This document shows positions 48,708-57,311 of a stretch of 64,000 bases of DNA, piece by piece (the first letter of the stretch is position 1; each line of letters opens with the position of its first letter). The stretch covers positions 35,151 through 99,150 of the forward strand of contig JAENYT010000006.1 of assembly GCA_016841665.1 (NCBI GenBank), given 5' to 3'. Below the pieces are notes generated by a model, which ran no database searches, was not told where the DNA came from, and saw only the letters and a program-made list of their open reading frames with translations. The DNA comes from Methanobacteriota archaeon. Lineage in GTDB: Archaea > Halobacteriota > Methanomicrobia > Methanomicrobiales > Methanomicrobiaceae. Made by a program: the position numbers and the translations under genes.

Positions 48708-49457
48708 GTGGACATCATCTATACCATCTGGCTGCGCAACATCAAGCGCTACCTGCGGTCGAAGAGCAGGATCGTGGGCAGTCTCGGCATGCCCCTCTTC
48801 TTCATGCTGGTCTTAGGCTTCGGGCTGAATTCGGTGGTGCAGATCCCTGATACCGGGCAGGGCTACTTCGAGTTCATCATCCCCGGCATCGTGGCCATGA
48901 GCGTGCTCTTCACCTCGGTCTTCTCGGGGATCCAGATTATCTGGGACAAACAGTTCGGGTTCCTCAAAGAGACGCTGGTCGCTCCCGTCTCCCGGCTGGA
49001 GATCATGCTCGGCCAGACCTTCGGGGGGGCGAGCACGGCGTTCATCCAGGGGCTGATCATTCTGGTCCTCTCCCTGTTCATCGGGCTTTCCCTCTCCAGC
49101 GCAGCCGGGTTCGTCATCGCCTTCCTCTTCATGGTGCTGATCGGCATCGCTTTCACCGCCTTCGGCATTGCCATCGCCTCGAGGATGGAGGATATGCACG
49201 GCTTCCAGCTGATCATGAACTTCGTCATCTTCCCCATCTTCGGGCTCTCCGGGGCGCTCTTTCCCATCAGCAGCCTGCCCGCGTGGGTCCAGCCCCTGAC
49301 CCTGCTCGACCCCCTCACCTACGGGGTGGAGGGGATCCGCTACGGGCTCACCGGAGCATCGCAGATCAATCCGGTGGTGAGTTTCATCGTGCTGACGGCA
49401 TTTTCCGGCCTCATGACGGTTGCGGGGGCATGGCTCTTCCGGAAAATGAGCATCTGA
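48708..49457 (+). CDS. ABC-2 type transporter permease
   Basis: GTG start 3 nt after the ATPase stop. VDIIYTIWLRNIKRYLRSKSRIVGSLGMPLFFMLVLGFG is a typical ABC-2 N-terminus. Six TM. Confidence 0.8.
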   Translation: MDIIYTIWLRNIKRYLRSKSRIVGSLGMPLFFMLVLGFGLNSVVQIPDTGQGYFEFIIPGIVAMSVLFTSVFSGIQIIWDKQFGFLKETLVAPVSRLEIMLGQTFGGASTAFIQGLIILVLSLFIGLSLSSAAGFVIAFLFMVLIGIAFTAFGIAIASRMEDMHGFQLIMNFVIFPIFGLSGALFPISSLPAWVQPLTLLDPLTYGVEGIRYGLTGASQINPVVSFIVLTAFSGLMTVAGAWLFRKMSI

Positions 49458-49519
49458 TGCCTCCGCATCCCCTGCAATTCTCCTCCGGGGCGGTGGTGCG
49501 AGTGCACCCCACGCCCTGC

Positions 49520-50260
49520 TCACCGCACCTCCACCACTGCCTCTTCATCGAACGGGTTGGTCCGCATGGCCAGCGAGAAGAGGTAGGGGTAGACGCCCTT
49601 GAGATAATGCATGTATCCCAGCCACTGGCGGATCAGGTGTCCGTAGACCCGCTCGATGTCACCCCCGATATGGGCACGATCGGTCTCCGAGACCGCGGTC
49701 AGGTCTTTTCGCCGCATCAGTTCCTCGGTCATGTGAAAGGTGGCGCGGAGGAGTTCGGTGAATGACTCATGCTCCAAAAGCACCGGATTTTCAAGCAGCC
49801 TGAGCAGGAAATCTTCTTTGTGGGAGAGAAAATCCCTGAGCGCAGGGAGATCCAGCTCCTCGACGGCTATGTGCGTCGGATGGCCGGCAAGATAGGCCCG
49901 AACACGGGAGAATTCCTCCTCCGTCCAGTCGCCGGTGACGACCATATACTCCTTGATGGTGGGGAGATCGGGATCGTGGTCTGAAAAGAGCGCGAGCAGG
50001 TGGGTGCCTACGGCGCTGAAAAAGGTCCCGATCACCATATTCAGCTTCTCGAGCTTCTGCCGGCGGTCCCGCTGTTCAAGGAGCCGGTGGATCACGAGGG
50101 TGACCAGGAGAACCTCGACCGGCACAAAGGCGATATCCCCCATAAGGTAGATGCCGATATGGTGAAGATCCTCGAAGATCAGGAAATGGACGAAATACAG
50201 GATGGCTGATGCCGCAACAAGAGCAATGGCAAAGGAGATCTCCCATCGTCTGTCATTCAT
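49520..50260 (-). CDS. hypothetical membrane protein (2-3 N-terminal TM + helical soluble domain)
   Basis: From the ATG at 50260: MNDRRWEISFAIALVAASAILYFVHFLIF...IAFVPVEVLLVTLVIHRLL, then a charged helical region. The upstream 48 codons of the track ORF look non-coding. Confidence 0.55.
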   Translation of the reverse strand: MNDRRWEISFAIALVAASAILYFVHFLIFEDLHHIGIYLMGDIAFVPVEVLLVTLVIHRLLEQRDRRQKLEKLNMVIGTFFSAVGTHLLALFSDHDPDLPTIKEYMVVTGDWTEEEFSRVRAYLAGHPTHIAVEELDLPALRDFLSHKEDFLLRLLENPVLLEHESFTELLRATFHMTEELMRRKDLTAVSETDRAHIGGDIERVYGHLIRQWLGYMHYLKGVYPYLFSLAMRTNPFDEEAVVEVR

Positions 50261-50487
50261 AGGCTGCCGTCCTTTGCAGGTAGGATGTCGTCTTTGACCA
50301 GATAAAATGAGTGCCAGACACATTGGCATCCGGATCCGCAGGTCCCCTTCTGTCTTTTGCTGCCGGCACCCTGACGCACCCGCGGGTGAACCGGACGCAC
50401 ACAATGGAGATGAATCATAGAACGTTCTAAGAACAGCATCCCCGGAGGGAACGCTGCATGGAACCCGGGGGGATCAGGATCGTTAGG

Positions 50488-50841
50488 TCAATCCTCGTGG
50501 ACTTGCCGTATACGCATCACCGAGATGCCTTCTGGCACACATGACGTGTTCGTTCCGGCAGGCACCGCGAGAATGTGTTCGAGAATTGCCACGTTCTGGC
50601 CGGAGAGGATATCCATATAATGATGAATCCGCTTCACATGGTCCTCGGTGATCATTTTCGCCACCTCGACGGCACAGGAACTGCGTTCAATTCTGCCACC
50701 GGTTGTCTTTTCTATCAGGAAGTCAGGCTGAATGCCATGCACCTCATTTCGTGCATAGATTTTCCAGCCTCGTTGTTCCGGGTACCACTGCTGCAGTTGT
50801 TTTCGGACATGGGGGTACATGTCTTCTTTACTGATGGACAT
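50488..50841 (-). CDS. small hypothetical protein, possible PD-(D/E)xK nuclease fold
   Basis: 117 aa from the ATG at 50841. The pattern IQPDFLIEK...SCAVEVAKMIT loosely resembles the D...E-x-K core of restriction-endonuclease-like folds. The assignment is weak. Confidence 0.4.
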   Translation of the reverse strand: MSISKEDMYPHVRKQLQQWYPEQRGWKIYARNEVHGIQPDFLIEKTTGGRIERSSCAVEVAKMITEDHVKRIHHYMDILSGQNVAILEHILAVPAGTNTSCVPEGISVMRIRQVHED

Positions 50842-50874
50842 TGAGGCCCAAAAAATAGTATATTCTTTCAACAT

Positions 50875-50884
50875 TATATATATA
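50875..50884 (-). promoter_or_regulatory. candidate TATA box for the 117-aa gene
   Basis: A TATATATATA run lies 34-43 nt upstream of the ATG at 50841, in a short, strikingly AT-rich patch. Confidence 0.35.
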
Positions 50885-50963
50885 CATATTGGCTGTGTGG
50901 TTTTCCCGGCACCATTCAGTGTTTGAAGAGGCGGTACTGCCCGGAGAGGGGATGAAATTCCCT

Positions 50964-51563
50964 TCACCTCACAAACTCACTCTTCCTCACGCCAACCCCC
51001 AGCGTTTGCAGCGCCCGCTCGATGGGCGACGTACCCTCCTGATACGTCGTCCTGGCGATGTAGTCGAGGATGGCGCTCTCGGTTTCCTGCTCCCAGCCTT
51101 CAGTCATCTTCGCCCCTGGCGACCACATGCACTCGAAGTCGTCCCGTGTCAACGCTTTTACGAGCGGGTCGATGGCCCGGGGATCGCCGATCTCTCCCAG
51201 TGCCCAGGCGGCAATCCAGGCAAAATCGGTGCACTCGTTGTCGAGCGCCTGTACCAGCGGCCCGACCGCCCTTGAGTCCCCGATCCTGCCCAGAGCCCAT
51301 GCACCCACCATATTCAGTGTGAACTCGCCCTCTCCCACCACGAAGCCGCGGGAAAAATTCAGGCACCCGATCAGCGGCTCGACGGCACGGGCATCCCCCA
51401 CATGGCCGAGCGCCCAGGCGGCCTTCCAGTGTCTGGCGATATCATCGGCATCGAGGGCCTCGATCAGCGCCGGCACCGGATCATCGGGCAGACCGGAAAA
51501 CTCCTCCTCCCAGTTCCAGACAGACGCGGATCCCTCATTATTCCTTTCATCCATTCCCTGCAT
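50964..51563 (-). CDS. HEAT-repeat (PBS-lyase-like) protein
   Basis: Repeated units: AAWALGHVGDARAVEPLIGCL, GAWALGRIGDSRAVGPLVQAL, AAWALGEIGDPRAIDPLVKAL. Start taken at the ATG at 51563. Confidence 0.7.
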   Translation of the reverse strand: MQGMDERNNEGSASVWNWEEEFSGLPDDPVPALIEALDADDIARHWKAAWALGHVGDARAVEPLIGCLNFSRGFVVGEGEFTLNMVGAWALGRIGDSRAVGPLVQALDNECTDFAWIAAWALGEIGDPRAIDPLVKALTRDDFECMWSPGAKMTEGWEQETESAILDYIARTTYQEGTSPIERALQTLGVGVRKSEFVR

Positions 51564-51653
51564 TTTGCGCCTCCTGTCCCCCTGTTCACCGCGCCGACAT
51601 ATATACTCTCGCTCGCATAGCACACCGGTACACAACCTCCAAAGTGATTAATC

Positions 51654-52496
51654 ATGACCGAATTCACGATCAAAGAGATCGGCGAGCGATTCTCCACGGC
51701 ATTCCACCTCCGCACATCCCCCCTCGCCGTCTATGGTGCGGACGCAGTGCCGGAGGGAGCGGTGCATCTGTCTTCCATCCACCGCTGCATCGCCGTTACC
51801 ATGTACCGTATGGCATCAGGGCAGGTCGATGCAGATGCTGTCTGGCTGGGCGGGGAGCATACAGCAGGGTGCTGCCCGGGGGGCCTCTCCCACACGGGTT
51901 TTATGGAGCGGTCCGACGATATCGCGTGGTTTGTCTCCACCGGACGGAAAGATGTCAGGGGCGGGGCGGCAGAATACCTCAAGGCTGGGCCCCAACTGGT
52001 GGAGAAGTGCTTCCAGGCAGCAGGCCCGATCACGCCGCCGGGACGGTACCTGGTGATCGAGCGCGCATCGTCGGTCCCCAAAGGGAAGGCGGACGTGCGA
52101 TCCCTCTGCATGTTCGGCGATGCAGAAACCATCCGCAACATTGCCGCGCTCGTGCATTTCGACCGGGATGAGCCGTTCTTCCCGGTGCTCGTCCCTTGGG
52201 GGCCGGCCTGCGCCACGTTCGTCACCTACCCGGCCGAACTGGCGGCACGGGCGCCAAACGATTCGGTGTTCATGGGCCCGCAGGATCCCACGGTCAACTG
52301 GTCCCTCCCGCCAGATCTCATGGGCATCGGCATTCCTCTCCGCATCGCACGGCGGATGGCGGATAACATCGACCGTTCGTTTGTGGTGAGGCGCCCCGGC
52401 GTTGCATTTCCCGGCCACGAAAGGTGTGGCGAAGGGAGGGGAGGGGATCAGGATCACCCTGCATCCTCAACATCTTTGCCTTCAAACGCCCCATAG
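51654..52496 (+). CDS. hypothetical protein, DUF169-like (COG2043)
   Basis: 280 aa. The N-terminus LRTSPLAVYGAD...HRCIAVTM and the later Cys-containing blocks resemble DUF169 as I recall it. Not verified. Confidence 0.45.
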   Translation: MTEFTIKEIGERFSTAFHLRTSPLAVYGADAVPEGAVHLSSIHRCIAVTMYRMASGQVDADAVWLGGEHTAGCCPGGLSHTGFMERSDDIAWFVSTGRKDVRGGAAEYLKAGPQLVEKCFQAAGPITPPGRYLVIERASSVPKGKADVRSLCMFGDAETIRNIAALVHFDRDEPFFPVLVPWGPACATFVTYPAELAARAPNDSVFMGPQDPTVNWSLPPDLMGIGIPLRIARRMADNIDRSFVVRRPGVAFPGHERCGEGRGGDQDHPASSTSLPSNAP

Positions 52497-52503
52497 AACT
52501 ACT

Positions 52504-52668
52504 ATGGCATTATTTCGCCGCTGCCCCGAATGCGGAACCGAGTTCCAGGTTCCCACATCGTGCTGCTCATGCACCTCCTGCCACGGCACCTACCTGTGCC
52601 CCCATTGCGGGCTGGTGCTCCGCGATCCTGTCCGGGTGGTGCTCTCCCATAGATGGGACGATGAATGA
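52504..52668 (+). CDS. small zinc-ribbon protein
   Basis: MALFRRCPECGTEFQVPTSCCSCTSCHGTYLCPHCGLVL... has CxxC ... CxxC pairs. 54 aa. Supported only by the Cys pattern and its position after the preceding gene. Confidence 0.35.
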   Translation: MALFRRCPECGTEFQVPTSCCSCTSCHGTYLCPHCGLVLRDPVRVVLSHRWDDE

Positions 52669-52721
52669 GGTGGGTAGAGCTCTCCCGAACAGGGTGCCCA
52701 CCCCTCAATGCACGCTGGCCG

Positions 52722-53591
52722 TCACCCACGATCGGACCCTGAGGCGTTGCCCTCCACCAGCTCTCCGAGATAGACGTCCCAGGATCCCTCCCGGCCGTCA
52801 TGCCAGGCAAGCGTGTCTTCAAAGAGCGCGGGTGCCTGCGGGTCCGTGCCCCCGACGGGGATTGGCATCACCTCACCGGTGGAACGGTTGCAGGAGGCAA
52901 GCGAGACCGTCGCGTTGTCGACCACTTCCCAGACGAGACGGTCACCGGAGATGGCAGGCGACCCCTGCGTCCCGGGGATGATGCAGACCTCCCGCTCCTC
53001 GCCGGTGGACACATCGTAGAGGAAGATGTCCCAGTCATCGTAACGGTTGTCGGCGAAGACTATCACATCGTGCCAGAGTGCAGGCTCCATCTGGTCGGCC
53101 GGATGGTCCGTGATCCGGACAGTTTCCCCTGTTGGGAGGTCGTACGAGAAAAGGTCGTAATTTCCCGTGCGGTTCTCCGCCCACACGATCCGGTCACCCC
53201 AGATGGCGGGATCGCGTTCCTCGCCGGCATCGCTGGTGATCTGTGCCTCTTCTCCGGTGGTCAGGTTGTAGAGATAGATATCCGCATTCCCGTTTCGGTA
53301 GTCCTCCCACACCAGGCGGTCTGCGTAGAGGGAGGGATACATGCGATCCGCCGCATCATCGGTGACCCGGCGCACCTCCCCCGTCGACCTGTCCAGGAGC
53401 ATGATATCGAAGGTCTCGTTGTCCAGCTCCTGGTAGACCAGCAAATCGCCGTACAGCGCCGGTTCGCTCTGATCGAGCGCACCCACTGCCGCCGGCATTT
53501 CGTTCTCGATAGCATACCCACCTGCTGCGGAAGCCACCGCCATACAGGCCACTACCATCATCAGCACCACACCTCTCATGCTATCCACCAT
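52722..53591 (-). CDS. secreted six-bladed beta-propeller repeat protein
   Basis: Signal peptide MRGVVLMMVVACMAVASAAG, then six repeats of about 42 aa. Examples: PSLYADRLVWEDYRNGNADIYLYNLTTGEEAQIT and PAIWGDRIVWAENRTGNYDLFSYDLPTGETVRIT. Confidence 0.7.
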   Translation of the reverse strand: MVDSMRGVVLMMVVACMAVASAAGGYAIENEMPAAVGALDQSEPALYGDLLVYQELDNETFDIMLLDRSTGEVRRVTDDAADRMYPSLYADRLVWEDYRNGNADIYLYNLTTGEEAQITSDAGEERDPAIWGDRIVWAENRTGNYDLFSYDLPTGETVRITDHPADQMEPALWHDVIVFADNRYDDWDIFLYDVSTGEEREVCIIPGTQGSPAISGDRLVWEVVDNATVSLASCNRSTGEVMPIPVGGTDPQAPALFEDTLAWHDGREGSWDVYLGELVEGNASGSDRG

Positions 53592-53646
53592 GGACGGAGC
53601 GAATAGTGTGCGGCGTATATATATGCGTTCGCGCGTGGTGCGGCGG

Positions 53647-54222
53647 TCAGCCCAGGTCCCCGCGGATCAACCTGTCGATATCCGCCCGCTCCGCCGTCTG
53701 CAGCAGTTCAAACTCAATGCTCACCGATGCCGTCTCCCTGCCTGCCTTCTCCATGGCACGCTCGATGATCCGGGCCGCCTGCGCGAGCCCACCGTTCTTC
53801 CAGTGCTCCTTGATGACCGCATTGGTGATTTTTTTGGCTATTTCACTGCCGAATACCACAAACGCGCTCCCCTCGCCCTGCTGGGTAACGGTGCCCTCCC
53901 CGCCCTCGAACTCCACGATAGCATACCTCCCGGCGGAGGCATAGAGCCGACGTTTGCGCACCCTGCCTCCCTCGCTCGAGGTCACTTCTCCGACCAGCAC
54001 TCTGTCGCGTATCGTCACCTTGCACCGGTCATCGTAGACAAACAACCGGACGCCAAGCGCTTCCGCACGACGATGCAGCTCCTCGTCGACGACGATACGG
54101 CCCGAATAGAGCTCCCGCTCCAGGCGTTCAACGCTCGCATCGTCCCCGAGAAAAAAGACCGATCTCCTGTCGCCGGCCATCACGGCGCCATTCCTTCCCA
54201 CAAAGGCAATCACCAGGCTCAT
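53647..54222 (-). CDS. hypothetical protein, DUF2121-like (archaeal)
   Basis: From the ATG at 54222: MSLVIAFVGRNGAVMAGDRRSV... resembles the N-terminus of archaeal DUF2121 proteins as I recall them. 191 aa. Confidence 0.5.
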   Translation of the reverse strand: MSLVIAFVGRNGAVMAGDRRSVFFLGDDASVERLERELYSGRIVVDEELHRRAEALGVRLFVYDDRCKVTIRDRVLVGEVTSSEGGRVRKRRLYASAGRYAIVEFEGGEGTVTQQGEGSAFVVFGSEIAKKITNAVIKEHWKNGGLAQAARIIERAMEKAGRETASVSIEFELLQTAERADIDRLIRGDLG

Positions 54223-54349
54223 ATCGCATTTCTCCTGTTGCAGTGCGGTGCATGTCATGCAACCGCAATGACGTCGATTACGCGTTTCTCTCCATTCACG
54301 TGGGCGGGATCATCGATATCGCTGTCGGGTGGGGCATCGGTCCCGCGGC

Positions 54350-55432
54350 TCAGCCGTGCCGGTGGCGGTGGTGGATGTCGGGGTGGTGGTGGTGCTCGTG
54401 GACGGTTGCCTCGTGGGCGTGGAGGTGGGAGTGGCCTCCCCGACGGTCGAGCGGCGGGTCGCCGGAAGTATGCCCATGGTCGTGGTGCAGATCATCGTGG
54501 TGGTGGCGGTGTTCGTGCACCTCTGCGGGATGGTGGTGCACATGGCAGTGCCGCTCGGAGAGCATCAGGAAGAGTCCTCCCGCCATCAGGGGAAGCGCGA
54601 GGATCACGGCCGCACCCGGGATCTCCCGAAAGACCAGGAATGAGATAATAACGCCGAATAGTGGATTGATCCCGAATATCGCCCCGGCTCTTGCCGCGCC
54701 GAGGCCGCGCAGCGCTTTGAGGTAGCAGATGACCACCAGTCCGCCGAAGGAGAGAAATCCCACCACCATCGCTGCGATGACCGTGTGATGCGCGGGGAGC
54801 GATTCTCCCAGCAGCACGGCAACCCCCATCATGATCACCCCTGCCGCCCATCCCTTGATGACCACGATGCGCACAGGATCCCTGCCGGCGAGTGTGCGGT
54901 TGATGTTGACTTCGATCCCCCAGAAGACGCAGGTGAGCAGCACGCCGAGAGCCCCGAGGGAAAACCCGAGCGCCGAGCCGGGGCTGTAGGTGAGCGCCAT
55001 ACAGGCGAGGGTGATGATGGCGAGAGCGGCCCAGACACGCTTTCCTACAGGCTCCCTGAACATGGCAGACGCAACAAACGTGGTGACCACCGCTTCAAAA
55101 CTCAGGAGCAGCGAGGCGGTGATTGCGGGGGTGCACGCGAGGCTCATCATCAGGACGACCGTGGGCAGGATCGACCCGAGGACGAGAGAGAGCGCAAGCA
55201 GAGGGTAGTCTTCCCGCACCAGCGGTGCTTCGACGCTCTTCCGCCCGTTGCTCCGCCATGCGGTGAGTACAAAATAGCCGCTCATGCCCAGGCCTGCGCC
55301 GAGAAAGAGCAGCCCGCTGAGCGTCAGCGGCGCAACGCCCTGCACCAGCAGTTTGGAGAGCGGAGCCCCGGCTCCGAAGCACACCGCGGCGGCAAGGGCG
55401 GATGCGATGGAAACACGGGCATCACGGGACAT
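54350..55432 (-). CDS. EamA/DMT-family transporter with extremely His-rich C-terminal tail
   Basis: Ten TM helices in two EamA-like halves. The last 66 residues contain 27 His: HCHVHHHPAEVHEHRHHHDDLHHDHGH...HEHHHHPDIHHRHRHG. Confidence 0.85.
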   Translation of the reverse strand: MSRDARVSIASALAAAVCFGAGAPLSKLLVQGVAPLTLSGLLFLGAGLGMSGYFVLTAWRSNGRKSVEAPLVREDYPLLALSLVLGSILPTVVLMMSLACTPAITASLLLSFEAVVTTFVASAMFREPVGKRVWAALAIITLACMALTYSPGSALGFSLGALGVLLTCVFWGIEVNINRTLAGRDPVRIVVIKGWAAGVIMMGVAVLLGESLPAHHTVIAAMVVGFLSFGGLVVICYLKALRGLGAARAGAIFGINPLFGVIISFLVFREIPGAAVILALPLMAGGLFLMLSERHCHVHHHPAEVHEHRHHHDDLHHDHGHTSGDPPLDRRGGHSHLHAHEATVHEHHHHPDIHHRHRHG

Positions 55433-55486
55433 CGGCTATCCATATCATATGGGCTATTCTCCGGATGAAATGATGCCGAGGGGCCG

Positions 55487-56116
55487 TCAGCCTGAAATTG
55501 CAGCAAATGAAGATGCGAGCGCATCAAGACGGACGGTATCGAGGTCCTCAGCAAGCAGCCCGAACAGCAGGCGGTCGTGGAAGCCGCCCCGTGCGTGCCA
55601 GTACTTCCGCTGGCAGCCTTCGGCAACAAAGCCGCATTTCTCCATCACCCGCCTCGATCCGGCATGGCCGGCGGCACAATCCCCGTTCAGGCGGTACGCT
55701 CCTGCCACAAGGAAGGCGTAATACACGAGAAACCCGCACGCTTCGGTGCCGTAGCCCCGGTTCCAGTGCGGCTCGTCGATCTGGTAGCCGATGAGGTAGG
55801 CACCCGAGCTGAAATCGATACCCAGCAGGGCGCACTGGCCGACGAACCGCCCGCTAGCCTTTGTCCTGAGGGTAAACACCGGATTTTCGGGCAGTGATCC
55901 GCGTGCGAGTGCCTCCCCGATACTCTCCACGAGCGGGGCGAAGTAGCTTTTCGTCACCTCAACCGGGTTGGGCCCGAAAAAGAGCCATTCGCAGACGGAA
56001 TCCTTTGCAAGCATCCGGCAGATGTCGGGGAGATCACCCTCTTCGATGTACCGGAACGCGAGGTTCTCTCCCGTCCAGCCCGCCGGCACCGGCACGTCGC
56101 CTCCCGCACCTGCCAT
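55487..56116 (-). CDS. GNAT family N-acetyltransferase (RimJ/RimL-like)
   Basis: IGYQIDEPHWNRGYGTEA..., AGHAGSRRVMEKCGF and EG...LLFGLL form a typical acetyl-CoA-binding core. Confidence 0.8.
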   Translation of the reverse strand: MAGAGGDVPVPAGWTGENLAFRYIEEGDLPDICRMLAKDSVCEWLFFGPNPVEVTKSYFAPLVESIGEALARGSLPENPVFTLRTKASGRFVGQCALLGIDFSSGAYLIGYQIDEPHWNRGYGTEACGFLVYYAFLVAGAYRLNGDCAAGHAGSRRVMEKCGFVAEGCQRKYWHARGGFHDRLLFGLLAEDLDTVRLDALASSFAAISG

Positions 56117-56814
56117 CAGCGGTCCTCCAGTGCATAGTCCACCGCGGCGAGAGCGTGGATCCGCGTCGTGTCATAGACCGGGAGGGAGACGTCCTCCGCC
56201 CCGATGAGCAGCGGGATCTCAGTGCAGCCAAGAATCACCGCTTCCGCGCCCTGATCGGCGAGCCTGCCGATGATCGCAGCCATCGCCGCACGGGAGGAAG
56301 CGTCGATCAGGCCGCGGCAGAGCTCATCGAAGATGATCCTGTCGACGATCTCCCGGTCGCCGGCACCAGGCACGATCACCTCAAGCCCGAATCGCTCCTC
56401 CAGCCTTCGCCGGTAAAACGAACCCTCCATGGTGTACCGCGTGCCCAGCAGACCGACGGTTGCATGCCCGTCTGCGGCGATCCGCCCTCCGGTAGCATCG
56501 GCGATGTGGATGAGGGGGACGGAGGAGGCATCTGCGATGCGATCTGCGAGGGCGTGCATGGTGTTGGTGCAGATGACCAGGCACCCCGCACCGCCCCTTT
56601 CAAGCGTGCGGGCGGCGCTCCTGAGCAGATCAGCGAGCGTATCCCACTCCCCCGCGTGCATCAGCTCTGCAATTTTTGCAAAATCAAAGGAGTAGAGGAT
56701 GCATGGCGCCGAATGGAGGCCTCCCAACCTGCGGCTCACCTCCTCATTGATGATGCGGTAGTATACCAGGGATGACTCCCAGCTCATCCCTCCGATAAGG
56801 CCGATCGTCTTCAT
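56116..56814 (-). CDS. aspartate/glutamate racemase family protein
   Basis: MKTIGLIGGMSWESSLVYYRIINEEV. The two catalytic-Cys regions are LVICTNTMH and VILGCTEIPLL. Its stop overlaps the GNAT start by 1 nt (TGATG). Confidence 0.85.
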   Translation of the reverse strand: MKTIGLIGGMSWESSLVYYRIINEEVSRRLGGLHSAPCILYSFDFAKIAELMHAGEWDTLADLLRSAARTLERGGAGCLVICTNTMHALADRIADASSVPLIHIADATGGRIAADGHATVGLLGTRYTMEGSFYRRRLEERFGLEVIVPGAGDREIVDRIIFDELCRGLIDASSRAAMAAIIGRLADQGAEAVILGCTEIPLLIGAEDVSLPVYDTTRIHALAAVDYALEDR

Positions 56815-56957
56815 CGTCTCACGTCTTCACGAGAGGATGGGATAGCATGGGTATTAGGGGTTGGGATACCCGAAAACCTGCGTTCGTGCGCAGCGTTGTG
56901 AGAAAAAAGAGATGTACCACGGGGACGATGCCGGCCGGATGCGGAAAAGTGGTGAGT

Positions 56958-57311
56958 TCAGGGTCTGCCTCCGATGCTCTCCACATCGAGGTCGACTTCG
57001 ATGCCACCCTGGACAGCAAACACGAGATTGTAGACGATGGCTGCAATGGCACCGCCGACGAACCCCCCGATGGCCCAGACGATCATGGCAAGGATAATGC
57101 CGCCGATGCCTGCGCCGATTGCGGCGATAATTCCAAGGTCAAATGCCGGAACGACCGCAATAACCCCGAGAATCCCGGCGACGAGCCCATACAGCGCACT
57201 CAGGACTGCAAAGAACAGTGCTACCGACCACACTCCAAGATGCTTAACCCGTACTTTCTCTTTCGTCAAACGCTTCACCCCCTCAGGGACGCTACGACAT
57301 AGAATAGCCAA
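56958..57311 (-). CDS. small Gly/Ala/Ile-rich membrane protein
   Basis: Three hydrophobic helices (VWSVALFFAVLSALYGLVAGILGVIAVV, IIAAIGAGIGGIILAMIVWAIGGFVGGAIAAIVY). The track start is a TTG, so the true start is uncertain. Confidence 0.45.
   Translation of the reverse strand: MAILCRSVPEGVKRLTKEKVRVKHLGVWSVALFFAVLSALYGLVAGILGVIAVVPAFDLGIIAAIGAGIGGIILAMIVWAIGGFVGGAIAAIVYNLVFAVQGGIEVDLDVESIGGRP

Noticed and set aside
53578-54648. 356-aa + ORF, and the 160-aa + ORF 54243..54725
   Set aside because: They are antisense to the DUF2121-like gene and to the His-rich tail of the DMT transporter. The Gly/Arg/Trp/Val repeats simply mirror the CAC/CAT His codons on the other strand.
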